A stretch of 63,888 bases of DNA, filler included, from Basidiobolus meristosporus CBS 931.73 (taxonomy: Eukaryota > Fungi > Basidiobolomycota), in the NCBI GenBank assembly GCA_002104905.1. It is 4 parts of 4 records of this genome, joined end to end, with 100 filler letters (N's around TTAATTAATTAA, not from the genome) between each part and the next. Parts side by side here need not be neighbours in the genome. Positions count along the whole stretch, not along the records: positions 1 to 19,725 come from MCFE01001026.1; positions 19,826 to 39,018 come from MCFE01001040.1; 2 more parts are not named here. The stretch is one strand, 5' to 3'. Position numbers and translations under genes: made by a program. Positions 9,923 through 20,223 of the stretch are shown here, piece by piece; the first letter of the stretch is position 1, and each line of letters begins with the position of its first letter. The notes beneath the pieces are model-generated. The model saw only the letters and a list, made by a program, of their open reading frames with translations, was not told the DNA's origin and ran no database searches.

Positions 9923-12220
9923 TTAGGGGGGGGAGACAGTCACCAACAGGTGAAATCTTTATTTCAGTTGAAACAAAGAAGCCAGCGCTACTGTTGTAGC
10001 TTTGATACAAGAGTGTGTAGCTGAGGGGAATTTGTAGGTAAGTTAATAAGAAGTGATGATAGTTCTTCAGTGCTCAAGACACTGTTCAGTGGGAAGGGGG
10101 GTAGCAAGAGAGGTAAGAATGACTTGTGAACAACATTAATGAGGGGAATGTGATAAGGATTGATATTCATCATAAAGGGAGTGTGCTGCTGCAGATATTG
10201 CTGCCAAAGGTCTGTCAAGTACTTTAGGTAGGCCAGCTTGGGTTTTTCTGACTGCAGAATATAGTGTGCAAACTTCTTGACTTCAGGATCTCCAAGTATA
10301 GTTCTCCAGCAGGAGTCAGGTGTTGTGTGGTGTGTTCTCTTCCAGGCCTTAATCAGTGGGTTGTTGCAGTTGTGAAGTCTGAGGTATAATCTGGTTCTAA
10401 GGTAGAGAAGTCTGATCTTATAGGGCATAAACCCAAAAGCACCAAGAATAGCATGTCTGTAGGGGCATTCAGGCAAATGAGGCACCAAGGAGGTAATGCA
10501 CCATACTGCAAACTTGTCAAGCTTAGTGCAGTCTCTAGAAGTAAGAGAGAGAAGTGGTAAGCCAAATTCCAGGACAGGGAAGACAAACTGCTTGAGTAGA
10601 AGGAGGCAGCTGGGAGCTGAAGTTGTAGGAGGAGTAACAGCCAGTAGCTTGTGGAGTGCCTGTCTTGCCAGGATAATTCTCTTCTTCAGGTGTGCTCCAG
10701 AGTCTAGTCCAGTAGGAAGGAAAGGAAAGCCAAGATATGTAGCAGAAACCTGAGCAGGTAGAGTGGAGTTCTCCAAGTTGATGGGAGAGCCCAAAGGTAC
10801 TGTCTTTGCAATGGAAAGCTGGAGATTATTCTGCTGCAGATACTGCTGAATGGTCTGGGAGTCTTGTTGCACATTGGAGGAGGATATTCTGATGTCATCA
10901 GCAAAGAGAGTAACCAGGCAGTCAGCTGAGAGTCTTGGGAAGTCATTCAGGAAGATGGCAAACAGTATAGGACCAAGCACAGTGCCTTGAACCACTCCAT
11001 TAGGAACTGAGAACACAGCTGATTGCTCACTTGGGTGCAGAATTCTTGCTTGTGGATCCAGAAACAGAGACCTGACAAGGAGGGTGAGAGAGGTACTGGA
11101 GAAGCATTGCAACTTGGACCAAAGCAGATTTCTGTCAACTGAATCAAAGGCCTTAGTAATATCAAACAGAACAGAGGGATACTTGCACTGGAGAGAGTGA
11201 TCTTGGCTAAGTATGACTGCATATTCCAAGGAGAGGCCAGGAACAAAGCCAAACTGTGCAGGATGAAACTTGAGGGAGTCAGAGTAGAGCTCCTGAGCAA
11301 GCAGAAGCTCAAACACCTTTCTGCAGGTGGGCAGCAGAGATATTGGCCTGTAGGAGCTAGGATCCAGGTGCTTTCCTTTACCCTTGTACAGTGGCAGAAC
11401 ATTTGCAAAGGACCATTCCTCAGGAGTAGAAAGCTGGGCTGAGCATTGCTGAAACAGTGGAAGCAGAAGTGCAGACATGGCCTTGGTACTAGTCTTCAGA
11501 AGCTCATAAGAGATTGTGTCCACACCTGGAGCAGTAGAGTTGGGAAGCCTCTTGAGCACATTATGGATTCTCCTTTGATCAAGTGCAAGTGGGATGGGCA
11601 GAGTCTTGAAGTCAGGATGAAAGCCAGGAGTTGAGTACTGCTTTGTAGAGAAGAAGATGTTAGCCAGCTGTTCTGTTGAAGGTAACTTCCTGGAAGAGGG
11701 CCTCATTGCCCTGTAGAGTCTTGATACTGTTCTTGTTATAGAGTTGGAAGATTGCAGAGGCAAAGAACTCATAATATGATCCCAGAGCTGAGTATGCAGA
11801 GTGTGGTGAATTGCCTTGGAGTGGTGTATTGCTGTCAGGAGGAGTTTCTCTGTTTTTGGGTTAGGGAAGCTCAGGTAGCTTTGTTGCAGGGCTGAAACAA
11901 TGGATTCCCATTTTCTTGAGGTAACAGCAGTAGTCTTGCATGGCAGTGAGAGGGAGGCAGACACCAGAATCAGATGCTTCACAAAGAGCCAGGCATAGTT
12001 GAGATCATCTGGCAGAGAAAGTAGCAAACTGGCAAGCTTCAAGTAGTTCCCAAAGTCTTTCTTCTGATTCTTGGTAGCTTTGTGGGTGAGCACAGTAAGT
12101 TTTGGCAGCTTCTTCTTCACAACTGGCTGCATAGAAAGGGACCAGGCTGGGTGGTCAGAGGCTCTCAAGGATCCTAGCTCAGCTCCAGTGAATTGCTTGA
12201 CTTCATTCACAAAGTAGAGG
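9923..12220 (-). mobile_element. Telomeric LINE A, copy A5 (5'-truncated in the APE domain; ORF 9988-12210 open)
   Basis: Uninterrupted 740-aa frame with ASDH, RPISLL, FDITKAFDSV, FADD; capped by cttaggg. Confidence 0.92.
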
Positions 12221-12221
12221 C

Positions 12222-12270
12222 TTAGGGTGTAGGTGTTATAGTAAGGGCTAGGAAAAGGTTAGAAGAGCAG
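12222..12270. mobile_element. Family E telomere-attached terminus, copy 1
   Basis: ttagggtgtaggtgttatagtaagggctaggaaaaggttagaagagcaggg is identical to 16722-16772. Confidence 0.7.
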
Positions 12271-12859
12271 GGGGTCTGGGGGACGCAGTCCCCTAGAGAA
12301 TAAAAAAGCAGGGGGTTTGGGGGATGCAATCCCCCATACTGCTCTTATACTCTTTAAATTCCCGTTGGATTACTTTTCTCTCATTCTTGGTTCTGGTCCC
12401 TTAGGGTTAGAATTCCTCCTCCTAACCCTTATCACCCTAACCATAAATATTTTTACCCTACAATTGGCACATTGTCTGCTCATATGGTGGGCATGTCTGG
12501 GCCAATATTTGTCTCCCTATACTGTCCATACGCTCTGTATAAGTCTTGATGACTATTTAATTATAAATTGTTATTTTTAATGTATATCTAATAATTAATG
12601 GGATTCATCCCAATCTGACCACAATCCCATATTTTGATAAGCTTCGGGCACCATAAATTGCGCGGCCCTAATATGATAAAAAAATTCATGGCCAATACAA
12701 ATTTTCTGTAACCCGATTGCTTTTACCAAATATAAAGTGTATCCAAAAGTTCAATATATATTATGGCTATAATAGAAACTTTATTGGACACCATCGCAAC
12801 TACTACTTATGTTCTATGCGCACATGTATCCCGCGGGAATTGTAAAACTTAGCCACGTG

Positions 12860-13470
12860 GTACAAAAGTGCTTTAATTTTTCATCATGATAGTTTTACAT
12901 GAGTTCCTAACGCACTTTGAAAGTACGCAGTAGCCATACCCCAACAGGTTTTAAGGATGTCCACTAGCTACGTCTACTTGTGTCTAGCGGGAGCCATCAA
13001 TCATCAGCCGCGCAATACTGAAATGCTTTTATTTTTCATCATGCTAGTTTTGTATGAATCCCTAACGCACTTTCATAGTGCGCGGTAACCATACCCCAAC
13101 AGGTTTTAAGGATACCCACTTGCTACGTTTACTTGTGTCTAGCGGGAGTCATCAATCATCAGCTGCGCGGTAAAAAAGTGCTTTTATTTTTCATCATGAT
13201 AGTTTTACATGAGTCCCTAATGCACTTTTATAGTGCGCGGTAACCATACCCCAACAGGTTTTAAGGATACCCACTTGCTACGTTTACTTGTGTCTAGCGG
13301 GTGTTATCAATCATCAGCCGCGCGGTAATAAAGTGCTTTTATTTTTCATCATGATAGTTTTACATGAGTCCCTAACGCACTTTTATAGTGCGCGGTAACC
13401 ATACCCCCAGAAAGTAGTGTGGATGCTTACTTTAAACGCTCACTTGTGTATTGTACGGAATATCAACAAA
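12860..13470. repeat. Tandem repeat, 155-bp unit, ~4 copies
   Basis: tcatcatg recurs at 12881, 13036, 13191, 13346. Confidence 0.9.
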
Positions 13471-13866
13471 CAGCCGCGTGGGAATGGAACATCATAGAAA
13501 AGCATTGCTTTGTTGTTAGCAAGTATTGATGCGCAAATAGTGGTACTATGTGAATTATTGAGTAACTATTTACTCTAGTTGGTTCCAAGATATTCCTAGA
13601 CAATATGCTCAAAATCAATATTAGCATCAATAGCTTGCTCTTTGATCACTAAACCACCGCACCCAATATGCGGTGGCCTTGGTTTTGTCTAGCCGTCGAG
13701 GAATGAAACCAGAGTACAGTCACAAGAGAGGCAAAAGTGAAATGTGATGAAGTAAGTGTATATGAAAGTAATATAAATCTACAGGACAGAAGAGAACAAC
13801 TAGTAGTTAAACAGCACTCACTGACACTCCACCGAGTAGAGCACCAACACAGACAATAAACAAGTC

Positions 13867-14343
13867 ATGAGGGGAAAGCTTAAGGACCGCTACTCGGGGA
13901 TCAAGACCAAAAGAGGAAGCTGCCTCTACCATAGCAGTCCTCGCGCTCCAAAGGAAGACCAAGAGTCTATTATAGACAAAGATTGCGGCGAGAAGAGCAG
14001 TACAATTACCAGTTCTGGTAGTGGTACCTTTGGAAGTCCCAAATACCTGGAGAAAACTCGGAAAAAATTGGCAGATGACTCAGTTGTCCTGAGGAGAAAA
14101 CGAACCAATGCGATTGAGCAGTTCCGAAACAAACTTCAGCTTAGTTCTTCTTTGCCTCACTATAAAGTACTCCAAGTGGCTTATTTTGATTATAAGCGTA
14201 TGAAGGAGAATCAGGCAGAGACTGATAAATTAAGTGATAGTCAATTGCATCACTTCTTAGATCAGGTAGAGAAACAGTCGCACAGCCAAGAGACTGGAAC
14301 AAGAATTGACAATTACAGAAACCAAATAATTTTGCCAATGTAG
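13867..14343 (+). CDS. Hypothetical protein (158 aa, basic/charged)
   Basis: ATG-initiated ORF followed by AATAAA; no family recognised. Confidence 0.4.
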   Translation: MRGKLKDRYSGIKTKRGSCLYHSSPRAPKEDQESIIDKDCGEKSSTITSSGSGTFGSPKYLEKTRKKLADDSVVLRRKRTNAIEQFRNKLQLSSSLPHYKVLQVAYFDYKRMKENQAETDKLSDSQLHHFLDQVEKQSHSQETGTRIDNYRNQIILPM

Positions 14344-14561
14344 TTTTGCATTTTAATAAAATAAAAGGGTGTTAATAAGAACAGAATAAAGTTAACTTAT
14401 GTGTACATCAAATGATTCAAATACTGGCTAGATGGATGTTACGTAGGAGCAAGAAGCTCAGTAACCTCAAAGGAAAGATATGATGAATGGGCCACCGACA
14501 TCATCCGAATGAGTATAAAAGTGGAGAAAGGAGACATAATCCTTCATAAAAAACAAGAAGC

Positions 14562-15347
14562 ATGGAAGCAGGCAGTAGCCGGGTAGATGCCAGGAGTGAA
14601 GGTAGAGTACAAAGAGAGCAAGGAAGGGGACAAGGACGCGGAAGAGGACGCGGAACCGGGCGCGGAAGAGGAAGAGGGCAAGGAAGTGGCCAAATCCAAG
14701 AGGAGCGTGAAGGAGGTGTTGCAGCAAACGTGGATGATGCTGAGCAAGTTGCTGTAGTCACTACCAGGCGGCCGGTCAACCAAGTTTCCCAAGCATTGTC
14801 AGAGGTTCGACAAGAGCTTCCGGAATATAGGACAACATCGCACCATGAGATATTGCGACGTATGTGCCAGGAGATTAAACAGAGGAGGGGTGATATTGTA
14901 AAGCTAAATCGGGATATTGCTGGACTTCAAGCCCAGATTGATTTCAGTTTCCACCATTCTACTGAGGCATTAGTGGCACAAATGGTGGAAAAGTTTGCCC
15001 GCATCAGGGCAAGCGATGAGCAGGATGCATCTTCTGACCCAGGTGTACTTGCGAGCGACAGTATTGGAGGGGATACTACTTCCTCCCTCGAACCTACCAC
15101 AAGCCAAGAGACAAGAGCAGAATCCTCCACAACAATGAGAATGGCCCCCACGCAGGTTGATATGGAAGTGTGCAAAGAAGACGTGGAGAAGCAGAGTGGG
15201 GATACTATAGGCCAACCAGAAACTGTAATGGAGGCGGAGAGACCAAGTCATATTGTCATCTTAAAAATACCACAGGTTGATTCATTGCTATCACTTCCCC
15301 CATCATCACTATCTGTGCCCCCATCACCACCGCCATCCTCTGGCTAA
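14562..15347 (+). CDS. Hypothetical protein with an RG/RGG-like repeat, predicted coiled coil and Ser/Pro-rich tail
   Basis: GRGQGRGRGRGTGRGRGRGQG segment; 261-aa ORF followed by AATAAA. Confidence 0.5.
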   Translation: MEAGSSRVDARSEGRVQREQGRGQGRGRGRGTGRGRGRGQGSGQIQEEREGGVAANVDDAEQVAVVTTRRPVNQVSQALSEVRQELPEYRTTSHHEILRRMCQEIKQRRGDIVKLNRDIAGLQAQIDFSFHHSTEALVAQMVEKFARIRASDEQDASSDPGVLASDSIGGDTTSSLEPTTSQETRAESSTTMRMAPTQVDMEVCKEDVEKQSGDTIGQPETVMEAERPSHIVILKIPQVDSLLSLPPSSLSVPPSPPPSSG

Positions 15348-15538
15348 CTTGAGTAAATAAAGAATTTCCACCATCCCAAATCAATGAATTGACAAGTAAT
15401 AAGTTGAACTGATAAGATTGACGATTTACAGACTAATATATGTAAAGTATGTAGTACTTAAGAGCTTTCAAGTTGTGGTGTATTATCAAGTATTCACCGT
15501 CACATAAATCACGCAGCAGTTGTTGTATCCCTATCCCA

Positions 15539-16721
15539 ATGGCATTAGAAGCCAGCAGTTACAAGGAGCATCGGAAAAATTTTGGCGTTTACCTGGCGAC
15601 GGTGGCAGGTGTAACAAAACGCAGCTATTGCTCGATGACCATTACCCCGTCTATGAGATACTTGCTATTATATGGAGGGTATTCTGTTGAGCACTTTCAA
15701 GACAGCAAAATATCCCCGCCTTATGATGAGCGTATAGCTGAAGAAACATCCGGCCGTGGAATACTCTATGAGCCCAGCTCAAAGGTTCAAATGATTCACC
15801 TTGCAGATCTACACGGTGATGAAGACATCACAGTGACAGTTCTCCCGACTCCAGACAACATATCAACTACAGAGGCAGCCAAAGGGGTGATTTTAATTGG
15901 CAACAGCTGTGCTAGTGACCACAAGAATCTCTACATATATGGTGGTTTTGAGCTGAGCCATAGAGAATACTCAGGGCGACATGAAAGTGCCAAAAAACGG
16001 GGGAAAAAAGCGATACGAAGCAAGAGTGGGGAGACAATCAATAGAAGACTGAGCAAGCTGGAGGTAATCACGTACAAAGATGGCAATGGATGCTCCAGAG
16101 TATTGGAGACAAGGCCATTCTTGAATAATCCTGCGAATATGCCTTCAGCAAGAGGTTGGGCAGTTCTTACGTACGCATTTGATTGCTTATTCTTGCTGGG
16201 CGGCTATCCTACACCATCGGAACCACCTTATACCCAACCAAATGGGAGTTTTTTAAACGAGTTCTACTGTTTAAAATTGCGAACTGGTGATTGGGAAAGA
16301 CGATATGTACACTCAGCAATACAGGAGCTTGGAGAAAACTTTATTGCTGTGGTAAACGAGTATGGCAACCAAATCCAATACATCAACAATGCAAATGTTA
16401 CATTCACCTATGATGTCGATAATCAGATCTGGACTTACCCTCCCGATCCAAGTCAGGAAGAAATGAGTACAAAGCAGCTACTAGGGCGCATTCTTAATGA
16501 ATTGGCAGCAATCTCTCAGCGGCACGAGAGGGAAGGCGAAGGAAGTGCTGAGACTGAAAATATCTTGCGGCATAGTGCCCATGGTCTTACTGTACCACTT
16601 AAGAACCATCAAGCATTTGGCGTACGATGGCTGATGTATACAGAGGCCATCCATAAAGGAGCATTGCTTGCCGATTCCATGGGACTTGGAAAGACATTGC
16701 AGATATTAAGTCTCATATTGG
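15539..16721 (+). pseudogene. Kelch-repeat + SNF2-family ATPase gene truncated just after helicase motif I by a TTAGGG junction
   Basis: Kelch-like LLLYGG, LYIYGG, PSARGWAVL..LFLLGG, NEFYCLKLRTGDW; SNF2 start LKNHQAFGVRWL..GALLADSMGLGKTLQILSLI; sequence then switches to ttagggtgtagg at 16722. Confidence 0.75.
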
Positions 16722-16772
16722 TTAGGGTGTAGGTGTTATAGTAAGGGCTAGGAAAAGGTTAGAAGAGCAGGG
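16722..16772. mobile_element. Family E terminus, copy 2 (51 nt)
   Basis: Identical to 12222-12270; directly followed by an A terminus. Confidence 0.7.
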
Positions 16773-19197
16773 TTAGGGGGGGAGACAGTCACCAACAGGT
16801 GAAATCTTTATTTCAGTTGAAACAAAGAAGCCAGCGCTACTGTTGTAGCTTTGATACAAGAGTGTGTAGCTGAGGGGAATTTGTAGGTAAGTTAATAAGA
16901 AGTGATGATAGTTCTTCAGTGCTCAAGACACTGTTCAGTGGGAAGGGGGGTAGCAAGAGAGGTAAGAATGACTTGTGAACAACATTAATGAGGGGAATGT
17001 GATAAGGATTGATATTCATCATAAAGGGAGTGTGCTGCTGCAGATATTGCTGCCAAAGGTCTGTCAAGTACTTCAGGTAGGCCAGCTTGGGTTTTTCTGA
17101 CTGCAGAACAAATTCTGCAAACTTCTTGACTTCAGGATCTCCAAGTATAGTTCTCCAGCAGGAGCCAGGTGTTGTGTGGTGTGTTCTCTTCCAGGCCTTA
17201 ATCAGTGGGTTGTTGCAGTGGTGAAGTCTGAGATATAATCTGGTTCTAAGGTAGAGAAGTCTGATCTTATAGGGCATAAACCCAAAAGCACCAAGAATAG
17301 CATGTCTGTAGGGGCATTCAGGCAAATGAGGCACCAAGGAGGTAATGCACCATACTGCAAACTTGTCAAGCTTAGTGCAGTCTCTAGAAGTAAGAGAGAG
17401 AAGTGGTAAGCCAAATTCCAGTACAGGGAAGACAAACTGCTTGAGTAGAAGAAGGCAGCTGGGAGCTGAAGTTGTAGGAGGAGTAACAGCCAGTAGCTTG
17501 TGGAGTGCCTGTCTTGCCAGGATAATTCTCTTCTTCAGGTGTGCTCCAGAGTCTAGTCCAGTAGGAAGGAAAGGAAAGCCAAGATATGTAGCAGAAACCT
17601 GAGCAGGTAGAGTGGAGTTCTCCAAGTTGATGGGAGAGCCCAAAGGTACTGTCTTTGCAATGGAAAGCTGGAGATTATTCTTCTGCAGATACTGGTGGAT
17701 GGTCTGGGAGTCTTGTTGCACATTGGAGGAGGATATTCTGATGTCATCAGCAAAGAGAGTAACCAGGCAGTCAGCTGAGAGTCTTGGGAAATCATTCAGG
17801 AAGATGGCAAACAGTATAGGACCAAGCACAGAGCCTTGAACCACTCCATTAGGAACTGAGAACACAGCTGATTGCTCACTTGGGTGCAGAATTCTTGCTT
17901 GTGGATCCAGAAACAGGGACCTGACAAGGAGGGTGAGAGAGGTACTGGAGAAGCATTGCAACTTGGACCAAAGCAGATTTCTGTCAACTGAATCAAAGGC
18001 CTTAGTAATATCAAACAGAACTGAGGGATACTTGCACTGGAGAGAGTGATCTTGGCTAAGTATGACTGCATATTCCAAGGAGAGGCCAGGAACAAAGCCA
18101 AACTGTGCAGGATGAAACTTGAGGGAGTCAGAGTAGAGCTCCTGAGCAAGCAGAAGCTCAAACACCTTTCTGCAGGTGGGCAGCAGAGATATTGGCCTGT
18201 AGGAGCTAGGATCCAGGTGCTTTCCTTTACCCTTGTACAGTGGCAGAACATTTGCAAAGGACCATTCCTCAGGAGTAGAAAGCTGGGCTGAGCATTGCTG
18301 AAACAGTGGAAGCAGAAGTGCAGACATGGCCTTGGTACTAGTCTTCAGAAGCTCATAGGAGATTGTGTCCACACCTGGAGCAGTAGAGTTGGGAAGCCTC
18401 TTGAGCACATTATGGATTCTCCTTTGATCAAGTGCAAGTGGGATGGGCAGAGTCTTGAAGTCAGGATGAAAGCCAGGAGTTGAGTACTGCTTTGTAGAGA
18501 AGAAGATGTTAGCCAGCTGTTCTGTTGAAGGTAACTTCCTGGAAGAGGGCCTCATTGCCCTGTAGAGTCTTGATACTGTTCTTGTTATAGAGTTGGAAGA
18601 TTGCAGAGGCAAGGAACTCATAATATGATCCCAGAGCTGAGTATGCAGAGTGTGGTGAATTGCCTTGGAGTGGTGTATTGCTGTCAGGAGGAGTTTCTCT
18701 GTTTTTGGGTTAGGGAAGCTCAGGTAGCTTTGTTGCAGGGCTGAAACAATGGATTCCCATTTTCTTGAGGTAACAGCAGTAGTCTTGCATGGCAGTGAGA
18801 GGGAGGCAGACACCAGAATCAGATGCTTCACAAAGAGCCAGGCATAGTTGAGATCATCTGGCAGAGAAAGTAGCAAACTGGCAAGCTTCAAGTAGTTCCC
18901 AAAGTCTTTCTTCTGATTCTTGGTAGCTTTGTGGGTGAGCACAGTAAGTTTTGGCAGCTTCTTCTTCACAACTGGTTGCATAGAAAGGGACCAGGCTGGG
19001 TGGTCAGAGGCTCTCAAGGATCCTAGCTCAGCTCCAGAGAATTGCTTAACTTCATCCACAAAGTAGAGGGCAGCAGCAGAAGGGCAGATCCAGTCAACAC
19101 ATCTTTTCTCAGATTGAGCACCTAGTGCTAGCAGATGGCTTTCTCTCAGGAAGTTCAGTAGGAATGTCAACCTTGGCTTCATTCTTGCAGTCAGAGT
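16773..19197 (-). mobile_element. Telomeric LINE A, copy A6 (5'-truncated in APE; frame open)
   Basis: Matches A from the 3' terminus to ...TARMKP. The first ~38 aa of the 822-aa track ORF come from the adjacent F 3' UTR. Confidence 0.92.
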
Positions 19198-19725
19198 TAG
19201 GGGAGGGAAAGTCACCAAAGTAGGTGAAATCTTTATTTGATTCCAGACAAGTCTAACTACAAATAAAGAAGCCAGCTGGGAATAGAAGATTCCCAAAGTA
19301 AACACTAAGTTGAATATAAATAAATCTAAGCTAAAGTTAAGGCAGTATCCCAGAGTACACTGGAGTTCAGGTTCATGGGGGAGTGAAGTAGATAAGCTTG
19401 AGAGATATAATAATCTTTTAAGAAGTGGGTAACAGCAGGTGAAGGGGAGTTTTTGATAAGTGAAGTGAATCTTGAGATCAGAGATTCCTCTAAGGAGAAG
19501 GTCTTGTAAACTGGAGAATCAGGAAACTCTTTGAAGGCATGGTCAGTAGGTTCCCAGTAAAACTGGTCAGAGACATTTTGAGAGAATTGTTTAGCAATAC
19601 TTTTGTCAAGTACTACCTCCAGAGTGTGATGGTTGATAAATCTCATGTTGACAATCTTGGATAAGTTGTAACCTTGTTGCTTGAGATACATCCTATGCTC
19701 AGATATAGGAATAAACTCCACATTG
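19197..19725 (-). mobile_element. Family F: ORF1(gag-like)-terminated telomeric element with no ORF2 before its 3' end (5' part lost in gap)
   Basis: ORF 19326-19721 resembles the family A ORF1 C-terminus and the ORF1 at 39175-40428. Its stop is ~130 nt from the shared 3' terminus. Confidence 0.7.
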
Positions 19726-19825
19726 NNNNNNNNNNNNNNNNNNNNNNNNNNNNNNNNNNNNNNNNNNNNTTAATTAATTAANNNNNNNNNNNNNNNNNNN
19801 NNNNNNNNNNNNNNNNNNNNNNNNN

Positions 19826-20083
19826 TTAGTACATTGTCATCTCAAAGGATGCTGAACCCAGCACATACTTTTGTTAAGACGCCAACTAAGTTGGGGATTG
19901 TAGCTCAATAGTTTTCCCTTGACAAGCTTGTGACTTTATTCCCCTTCACATTAGATTAGAGACAGAACCCAAGTATTCCTAGCAAGCTTTTGCCAGAGGT
20001 TATCGCACCCAGTGAACACCCCACACACAAAACACTTGAGAAGTGTTGGACGTATCTCTCCCTTGGACCTATACACCACCACA
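19826..20083 (+). mobile_element. Ty3/gypsy 5' LTR (partial)
   Basis: Ends ...caccaccaCA just before a PBS; same sequence inverted at 38551-38806. Confidence 0.85.
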
Positions 20084-20087
20084 TATT

Positions 20088-20104
20088 TGGCACCCAACGT
20101 GGGG
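20088..20104 (+). promoter_or_regulatory. Primer-binding site complementary to tRNA-Lys
   Basis: tggcacccaacgtgggg versus the canonical tRNA-Lys PBS TGGCGCCCAACGTGGGG (one CpG>CpA change). Confidence 0.85.
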
Positions 20105-20223
20105 GGTTCATACAAGCTCCCTAGGACCCAACAAGATTTACCTGAAGATTTGAGCTGTTATCCACCTATTGAAAAGAGACTACCAATATTACAAAGATTA
20201 CAACACCAACCTACCTGCCCAAC

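Noticed and set aside
5135-13470. 119-, 155- and ~147-bp repeats as CRISPR arrays
   Set aside because: Whole units repeat with no unique spacers, no cas genes, eukaryotic context.
19726-19825. ttaattaattaa palindrome inside N runs (also 39019-39118 and 54004-54103)
   Set aside because: Identical 12-mer centred in three 100-nt gaps: an assembly placeholder, not biology.
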